This document shows positions 40,601-49,600 of a stretch of 64,000 bases of DNA, piece after piece. The translations under genes and the position numbers were made by a program. This DNA is from Verrucomicrobiota bacterium. GTDB taxonomy: Bacteria > Verrucomicrobiota > Lentisphaeria > Lentisphaerales > Lentisphaeraceae. Location: assembly GCA_039798785.1 (NCBI GenBank), contig JBDKFG010000009.1, positions 27,054 to 91,053 on the forward strand. Reading direction: 5' to 3'. The notes under the pieces were generated by a model. It saw nothing but the letters and a program-made list of their open reading frames with translations. It made no database searches and had not been told where the DNA came from. Every line of letters begins with the position of its first letter. The first letter of the stretch is position 1.

Positions 40601-43600
40601 TCGACAAAGTTGTAGGAGATGATGTCGAAGGGTTTGCCGAGAATGAGGTTAAAGATGTTCTGGATTTTGAAGAAGTCGAGTTGGAAGCCGGCGGGGGTCG
40701 ATGTGAACTGGGACGAGCCATCGTTCTGCACGCCCATCAGTCGCAAGATGTTGCTTAGTGCTGAGGCTGAGCCGGTGGCGCTGCCGCCGGCTTCGTTGGC
40801 ATTCTCCTCGGCCTGGGTAACGGCATCGAAGAGCTCGACGATCTCAAGGGGGATGGGGAGTTTGGTCTTGCCGATAAAGAGGGGGGATTCCGGGTCGGTG
40901 ACAACGGCCCAGTTGCCGAGGTTGATGATGATGTTTTCATCCCCATAGTTGGCCAAGTAATCCGACAGCGCCGTGATCAGCTCGACCAGTTTCTTGATGG
41001 CGTTGATCATGTTGACGATTTGCTGGCCGCCAGGAATCAGGTCGATGACCTTGGAGGGGATTCCTGAGATGTAGTTGGCAAGATCAGAGAGGATGGGGAT
41101 GTCACTGTAGAGGAAGCCAGTCGCTGCGTCGGCGCCAGTAACGATGGCGGGACCGACGATTTGGATGATCGGGTCGAGCAGCTTGAAGATGGTGCCGGCG
41201 ATGGGCTTGATGATGGATGAGATCAGCGAGCCTGCATCGACGCTGACGTTGTGGAATTCGAGATTTTCGAAGCCGTAATCGTAGGAAGTCTCGCCTTCGG
41301 CGAATTCCGCGTGGGCGGAGAAGCCGGTGTGGAAGCCGAAGTTGACTTCCGGCAGGCCAAGATTGCCGAGGCCGGGGATTCCGGTGCTGCCAAGCAGGGC
41401 GGTGAGGGCGTCGGCGTTGCCATTTATCTGGAGGTTGGCCATGGCCTCACCCTTGATCGAGGCTTCGAGGGCTTCGATACTGATTTCGCTGATGGTGAGG
41501 CGTCCGTCGTCCTCATCGCCTTCGCCGGTGTCGACGACATTTGCCTCGAAGACCAGGGAGATGTGGCTCTTGTCTCGGGTGTCGACCCCCAGGGCCATGG
41601 AGCCGATGGAGGAGGTCAAGACGAGCTGGTTCGAACCGTTCAAGGAGAAGGTGATGCCGTTGGTGTTGAGCCCGGCTTCTCCGAGGGCGATCATCATCTC
41701 GTCGTTGAGGATAGAGACGAGGGAGTCGAGGCCTTCCATGAATTTCACCGCTTCGGTGAATTCGAGGCGCCCGTCGTTGGTGATGCCGACGCTCATGACC
41801 AAGCCGGCAGCGTTGATGGCATCCTGGATGTCTTCGACCAGTTCGTCGGCTGAGGTGTTGCCCGAGGTCTTGCCCCAGGCGACCTTGACGGTGTGAGTTT
41901 CGCCATCGACGGTGATGTCGAAGATGGCATCGGAGTTGATCCGGAAGTCGCTGTTGACGGGGCTGGCGGGGTTGAAGAAGGCAGCGCCGGTGACGGTGTC
42001 GGTGTTGTTGTTGCTGAGAGAGTTGAGTCCGAGTTCCGCGGCGCCGTCCATGCCGGTGCCACTCTGGACGTTTCCGATGTTGATATTCTGGAAGCCGGCG
42101 GCGGTGTCGATGACGCCCTCGACCGAGGAGGCGAAGAGTTCGAAGTCGAATGTTTTGCCGGCAACGGTGATTTCAATCAAGGCGTTTTCCGCGAGCTCGC
42201 CTTCTGCAGGGGCGGCGTTGGCGGCGGTGATGGTTGAGCCCGTCTGGCCATCGGAGAAACCGAGGGTCATAGAGCGCTGATCTTCGAACTGGCTGTCGAT
42301 AAAGCCGAAATCGTAGCCCGAGACGTGTTCGATGCGGATGTGCTTGGCGTCCACATCCCGCGCCTTTAGCTGTATCGAGAAGCCAAGATCGTTGATGGTG
42401 GTTGCGTTCTCGAGCTGTGCAAGCGGGTCGTCGAAGACTGGTACGGCGAGCACTCCGCCGGTGAGGGAGAGGAGCTGCACGTTCATGTCCGCAATCAGAC
42501 TCAGCGGGTCGATGTTCGGGCTGGAGTTGGTGTAGGTCAAGGTTTCGATCAAGGTGCCAGTGTTATCGTAGGTGTGGACCTTGAATGTGCCGGCGCGGTT
42601 CTTGCCCGTGACGGGGAGGAAGTCCAGGATGGGTATGGTGGTGGAGGTGACACGGGTGGAGGCCTCAAAGCCGTCTTCGATAACTGCGCCAAGGACGCCG
42701 AGGTTGACTTCTGCTGAGAAGCCGGGGATGGTGACGTCGATCGAGGCGCGAAGCTCGGGGAGATCGTTGCCGTAGCCGTCACTGTGATCGACGACGAAAT
42801 AGAAGAGATCCTGCAGGGCGATGCCGAAGCCGAAGTCGAAATCCCAGCTCATTTCGATGGTGAGGCCTTCGCCGCCATCGACCTCAAGACCGAAGACGGA
42901 GCCGCCGAAGCCGAACTCGAAGGGGACGGAGACGGCATATTCCTGGCCGAGCCGGAAGTCGTATTCGACCCCGTCGTTTTCGCCGTCGATGAAAGTCCGG
43001 ACGAGAACGTCGTTCTGCTGCACGAGATTGTCGAGGTCGCCGCGGCGATCGACGAGGATGTCGAGGCCAGAGGGGCCGAAGATGTTGTATATGATCTCCT
43101 GGAATTTGATGATCAGGTCGTTGTCGCTCAGGCCGGCCGCATCAAACTGATTCTGCAGATAGGAGCGGACATTGATGCGCATCGAGCTGAGGGTGTCGAG
43201 AAGCGGTTTGACGGCGTCGTAGAGGCGGTCTCCGACGAGGGGAATCTCGCCCATAGCTTCGAAGGGGGCGGATACGGAGATTTCGACCATCCGGAGAAGG
43301 CGGTCGATGCCGGCGATGACGAGATCAGGATTGCGAAGAATGGTGAGGAAGTCGGATTCGGCGACGGAAGCGAGGCCCGGAAGAGCTTTGCCGGGTTCGG
43401 TCACGATTTCGACCGAGCCATCGATACCCTCTGCAAGATCCTGGAGCGAGGCGAAGGCGAAGCCGACAGATGAAGCCTCGTTGGATCCATCCTGGAAGTC
43501 GACAGTGACCGGATCTAGCAGGGAAGGGGTGTTAAAGAAGGGGAGCTCGACCATGCCCTGGCCGGCCAAGGAGACGCTGAGGTCGTTCGCGACATCGAGG

Positions 43601-46600
43601 GTGGCGTCGGCGGCGAGGCTGACGTCATTGTCGAAATCTATGGTGTACACGGCTTTGTCATCGGTTGAGGCGTCGCCGTCGGCATCGAAGACGATGGTGC
43701 CGTTAATGATAGACAGGTTTTTCGCGCCGATGAGGATGTCGGCCCTGACGTCTTCTGTGACAGCGGCGAATGAAAGCGAGGCGGAGCTGGTGTTCTTCAG
43801 AGTCAGCTCGGGTTCTTCGACGGCGTAGTCGATTTCAATATCGAGATTGACGACTGCGGTGGATTTGACGTCAAGGACTGTCGGTGAATTGACGGTGATG
43901 AGGACGAGATTCTCGTTGTCGAGCTCAGCGGGGGTGCCACCTGCATCAAGGGCGGCGAGGTCGTAGAGGTTGAGATTGAGCGAGTAGTCTACGGTGTCAG
44001 TGTGTACGAACTTGAGGCCGAGTTGCAGGATGTCGGCATTGAAGATGAAGTTGACTTCGGGAGTGATTCCATCGATGGTGGATGAGGTGCGGAAAGCTTC
44101 GTTGAGGTAGGCTTGGAATTCGCTGTAGGTGACGAAGCTTTTTGCTTTGGTTTCGGCAATCAGTTGGCCGAATTCGGCGGCGAAGGGGTTGATTCCGTCG
44201 AGGCTCATGTCGAGGACGGGAATGTCCGCACCCAGGAGGTCTTCGGTGCTCAGGTCGGCCAGGAATTCAGCAGCTTTTTCAAGAGCGGCAATGACATCGG
44301 TTGAACTCGCCCGGATGAGGGATGCTGAGTCGATGTTGTTGCCGTTCCTGGCGGTGATTTCGGTGGCTTCGGCGACCGAAATAGTGAAGGCGCCCGATCC
44401 GCTGGTGCGTGTAAAGACAAGGCGGTCAGAAAACAGATCAGCAGAGAAGGATGTATTGAGTCCAGCGGTGGCGAGGGCTGCATTGACGTCAGCGAGGAAG
44501 TTGGCAGCCGAGGTGTTTTCATTGGTCGCGGCGGCGGTGATGGTGACTTGGGTGCCGTTCAAGGTGAAGACGGCGTTTTGCGACAGACGGTATTCGGAGG
44601 CGTCGCCGCCGCTAGGAGCGGCTACCCCTCCGATGAGTTTCTGGACCGATGAACCCGCGGAGAGTTTGAGGTCGCTGCCGGCGGTGCCCGTGAGGTTGGA
44701 GAGAGTGATTTGGCGGTTGAGTCCATCTTTGATGACCAGGAAACCGCCTTCTTCGGTAACGGTGACCTCTTGATGACCGGCTTTGCGGATGGCGCTGGTC
44801 AGGTCGTTGGCGAGGAGCGCGGCGGAGCTGTTGTCTAGAGTCAGTCCTTGGAGGAGGCTGACGGTTTTGGTTGCGCCTCCGATGGTGATGTCAAATCCGG
44901 CATTCCCGTTGATCTGGCCGTTGCCTGCGACCTTGGCGGACCCGAGAAGGGTGTAGGCGCTGGACATGTTGTAATCCAAGCCGAGCTCGGCGACGGCGGC
45001 GGGTTCGCCATCGGCGAGTCCCCCCTTGGTGGCGGAGTAGACGAGCTTGTTCTTGAGGTCTGCGGTGTCAGTGCCGGCGGCGAAGCCGGAAAAGGTGAAT
45101 TCAAATTGTTCCGTACCATTAGGGCCGGAGTATCCGACGAGATCAGCCAAGTCTTCATTGTCCAAGTCCAAAGCGGATGCGATGACTGAAGGGGCGGATT
45201 CGAAGAGGCTGGAGACGTTGCGGTCGCCATTCATCCCGGTGACCACCTGGAGGTGGCCTTTGGCTTGGGCGTCCGAGGTGTTGAATTGCATGAAGCCGAA
45301 GTCCATGACCGCTGAAGGGGCGGACCAGGCAAGGTCGAGTTCTGCAGTGAGGCTAGAGCTGTCCTTGATGGAGGCCTCGGAGATATGGCTGGCGAAGGTG
45401 AATTGGCCGGAGGTGAAGCCGGTAAGCTCCTTGAAGCTGACGGGATCGCTCGAGGTGATGAAGATTGATTTGTACGAGTCGCTGGCGCTGCCGCTCTTGC
45501 CGAAGAGGACGAGGGATTCGGGGATGGTGGATGAGCTGAGTCGGAAATTGTTAGCGGTGCTGGCGGTGAGGATGTTGCCTGAGCGGGATAATTGCGATGT
45601 GGCTGCGGTCACGGAGAAAGTATCGGCAGTATTGATCTTGGCGAGCGTGATTGTGCCATCGGAATTGAGACTGGCCTTGACATGTTTGGACCACTTGTCA
45701 GTGGTCGCCCCGTAGGTGGTGGCGGCGAGCAGCGCATTCACGTCCTGGAGGAGCATGAAGTTGGAATTATTGTCGTTGGTTGCGCTGGCAGTCAGGGTAA
45801 AGGTGTGAGTTACGGCGCTACCACCTGATATGGTGTGGCTTACAGAGAAGTTGGAGTCGGAGGAAAGCACTCCGCTAGCCGGGGGGGAGGAGGCCACGAG
45901 GGTGGTGGCCGCGGAGGTCAGCTGGGCGGTGTTGAAGCCCATCTGATAGCCGAGAGTTGAGCCAGAGAAGTTGATCACCAGGTTTTTGCCAGCGAGGGCG
46001 CCAATGCCGGTGAAGGAGACTTTTCCAGAAGAAGAGCTGGCATCAAGCACGGTGGACATGGCCGAGCCGTCAGCTAGGACCGCAGCTGCAAGTGACTGGT
46101 CGAGGTCGCTGATCAAGTTGGCCAAGGTGGTGTTGGTTCGGGTATCGTAACCCGAGACATAAACACGGCCGACATAGACGGCGTCGCTTTCGTTGTAAAC
46201 ATCGAAATATTGCGAGCTTGAGGCGAAGTAGAGCTTGTCCTCGAGACTGCCTTCGGCGACCAGGGTAGAATTGAGGGCGGCAACAAGTTGATTGACGCCG
46301 CTGTAGGTGCCGGCGGGTACAGATAGGGCGTAAGTGTTGCTAGTGCCGTTGTCGATCGTGATGGCGAAGGATTGGCCGCCGGTGTTGGTGCTTGAGCCGC
46401 TGCTGTCTGCATCGGTGCTGAAGACGGGGTCGCTGGCCATCAAGGGCTCCCAGCCGACGGTGGTGAATGTGTAGGAGAAGTCTAGGGTGGCCAGGAGACT
46501 TGAGTCGAGAGTGACATGGGATTTGATTCCGGAAACAAAGCCCAGTTGTTCGGCGGCATTGCCTTCGTCAAATTCGACGGTCAAGGCTTTTGCCGTGTCG

Positions 46601-49600
46601 GCTGAGTTGATCGCCAGACGCCCGTCACCGGTGAGAGAGGCATAGGTCTGACCGACGCGGATATCGGCCGAAGCAGCCGGAGCCGCAGTGAAAGTGAGTG
46701 TGGTGCCGGAGATCGTATAGGCGGTGTTCGGCTGGTGGACGCCATTGACGAAGACAGCGAGGGTCCCCAGGGTATCAGGGACAGTGAACACGGTGGTCGC
46801 ACCATTTCCCGTGCCAACACTGGTGGAGAGGGCGGTGTTGAGGTCTGCCAGCAGGTCTGTCGAGCTTGTATTGGTGCTGGTCGAGGCGGCAGTCATTGTT
46901 GCGGTATGGGCCAGAGCGCCATCAAGGGAGATCTTGAGGACTGCATCATCGGTGCCGCGTAGCTGGAAGGTCTTCATCAAAGTCGGGTTCGGGGTGCCCG
47001 AGATGATGATGTCAGAGGCGAGGAATCCCAAGGCGGCGACATCGGCGGTGAGATCCAAATTGGCACCTTCACGCACGGCAAGGACGATGCGGTTGCCCTG
47101 GATGACTGCCTGGACGAACTTTGACCATTTGTCGGATGACGCGGGAGTCTGTCCGGCAACAGTTACGGCATCAAGAAGGGTGTTGATGTCACCGGCGAGA
47201 TCTGCTATACTGGCGTTGTCGTTTGTGTTGGCGGCTGTGAGCGAGAAGCTGTTCGAAGTAGCGACTCCGCCGAGCGGAGTCAGAGTCAAGTTCAGGGAAG
47301 CGTCAGCCGCTAGGCTCCAGGCTTTGCCTGCGGGGGTGCTCAAGGCTTCGACTGTTGGTGTGCGGACGTCTATTTTCTGCAGGGTGCCGAATTCGTTGGT
47401 GGCTTCCTTCAATCCGATCAATTGATCCTGAAGAGTTTTGCTGAGGCTAGCGGAGACGAGCAGCACGTTTGAGTCTTTATCGAAGGAGACGCTCCAGCTG
47501 CTTCCGGCTGGTTTAGTGAGGGCGACGAATTGTTGCAGGGTAGTGAAGGCGGTAGAGGCCAGATTGCCCTCGGCATCAACGGTGTAAAGGGAGTTGGAGA
47601 GCTGGGTTTGGAAGGCTTCGGCGAAATCGAGCACATCCCCGAGAGTGCGGCCGTCGGCCATCGGAATTTCGCCGTCGAAAAGATCCGATCCTGCCAGCTG
47701 GCGCAGCCAGTTGACATAGGCTTCTACAGGTTGCATCAACGCCTGAGAGTTGAGAAGGCGGAAGCCGTTGAGGTCGTCGGAGAATGTGGCCAGAGGGGCG
47801 GGTTCTTTGATGTCGAAGAGATTGACGGCACTGCCGGCACCGAGCTGCAGGGTGTACACGCCGCCGGCTTCCAACGTCAATCCAGAGGCACTCACCGGGG
47901 TCAGCGAGAAGTCTGCGTCGACACTTCCAGTGCCGCTGATCGAGGTCGACAGGCTGTCAAACATCTCGATGGCGTTGTTGTTGTAGCTGGCGAGCGCCAA
48001 GTCGGCATATTGCACTTCGGTCGCGGGGAAGGTGGTGTTGACGGTGGCGCTGACATTGACTGAGCCGCTGCTGACGTCGGTGTCGAGTATGCCGACGCGC
48101 AAGAGTGTGGGGGTGCCGACATCGACGGTGGTGTTGGCAGTGGAGAACTCGGCTTTTAGATCCTGGATTGTGATGCCGAAATTATCGCCAGCGTCGAGAA
48201 CGATGTCGAAAGTCAGCTTGGAGTTGACGTCGAAAGTGACGTTTCCACCGCCGAAGGCGAAGCCTTGGCTGGCGTAGAGGTTTTGGTTGTTGTCGTCGAG
48301 ACGGTCCATCACCTGGGCTGTGGTGGTTTTTGTCGCTTCGATTTTCATGTCGAAGAGGGCGCTGAACCCGGAACGGCCCTTGGCCCATTTCAAGTCGACG
48401 TCGCTGTTGGAGTCAAAGGTGACGGTCCAGGTGTATCCGGCAATGCCGGCCCAGCCGTTAGTTGTGTCTTCGAGGAAGTTGACCAGGTCCTGGAGTGTCG
48501 GAGTGGCGTAGCTGGAGAAGTAGGTGTTGAACCTGTCACGCATTGCGGTCATGATGGTGTCGGGGCCGAGCAGAGCGCCGAAGGTGACGGTGTCGTTGAG
48601 GAAGGGGAAGGACGCGGCCATCTCATCATAATCTTTGAAGCCTGCCATCAAGTCGATCAGCCGGCTCAGGCCGTTGGCCAGTTCTGTCTTGTCGAGAGGT
48701 TGTTGCGAGAGGTTGGAATTGATGACGTACAGCGTGTCGTTAATATCGAAATTGAGCAATACTTCGTTAGTGCTGGTTTTGAGGGTGCGGTCAGTACCCA
48801 ATTTGCTGGTTCGGTAGGCGGTGGATTCAGCATCAAAGTAGATGACATCATTGCCGGCACCGCCGAAATAGGTGACTACAGGCATGACTGGGTCGGCGCC
48901 CGACTTGTTTGTCAGAACCAGGGCGTCGGCGAGGGCGCCACCGTTGATTGTGATGTTTTCCACGCCGGTGTAAGAATAGCTGTAATCGGCCAGGAAAGCA
49001 GTCGGGAATGCCCCTGGGCTGTGATTGACGTCGTCCTCGAGCTGGATTGAGCCGGAGCCGAGGGCGGTGACATCAATCTTGACTGCGTCACCGAAGGCAT
49101 CGCCGGCCGCGCTTGTAGAGAAAACCACGGTGTCGGTGCCTGCGCCACCAGTGTAGTTGAACAGAGTGGTGGCAACATCGTCGATGGTCAGGCTGTTGGT
49201 GCCGCCGGCGGAGCCGTTGTAGCTGACGCTCTCTGTCTGGCTGACGGTAGCGGTGACGCCGGCACCGGTTATGCTGGCGGTGTCTGCACCTCCACCGCCG
49301 ACGATGGTGACGGTCTCGACGTTAGATGCCGTGATGCTGTCAGCTCCGGCAGTGCCCGTGACATTCAAGGTGTCGGTGTTGGCTCCGCCATCGACAGTGA
49401 GAGACGCAAGGGATCCGTCACTCGTGACGCTGTCGTTGCCGGCGCCGGAGTTGATGGTGAGGTTTTCAACACTGCTCATAGTGAGGTCTGTGGCGCCGTT
49501 GCTCAGGACGCCGCTGGTGAGCACGAAAGTGTCGGCCCCAGCAGCTCCTGTGACGGTCACGGCATCATTATTCACCCCGCCGGTGTATTCAACATCAAGG

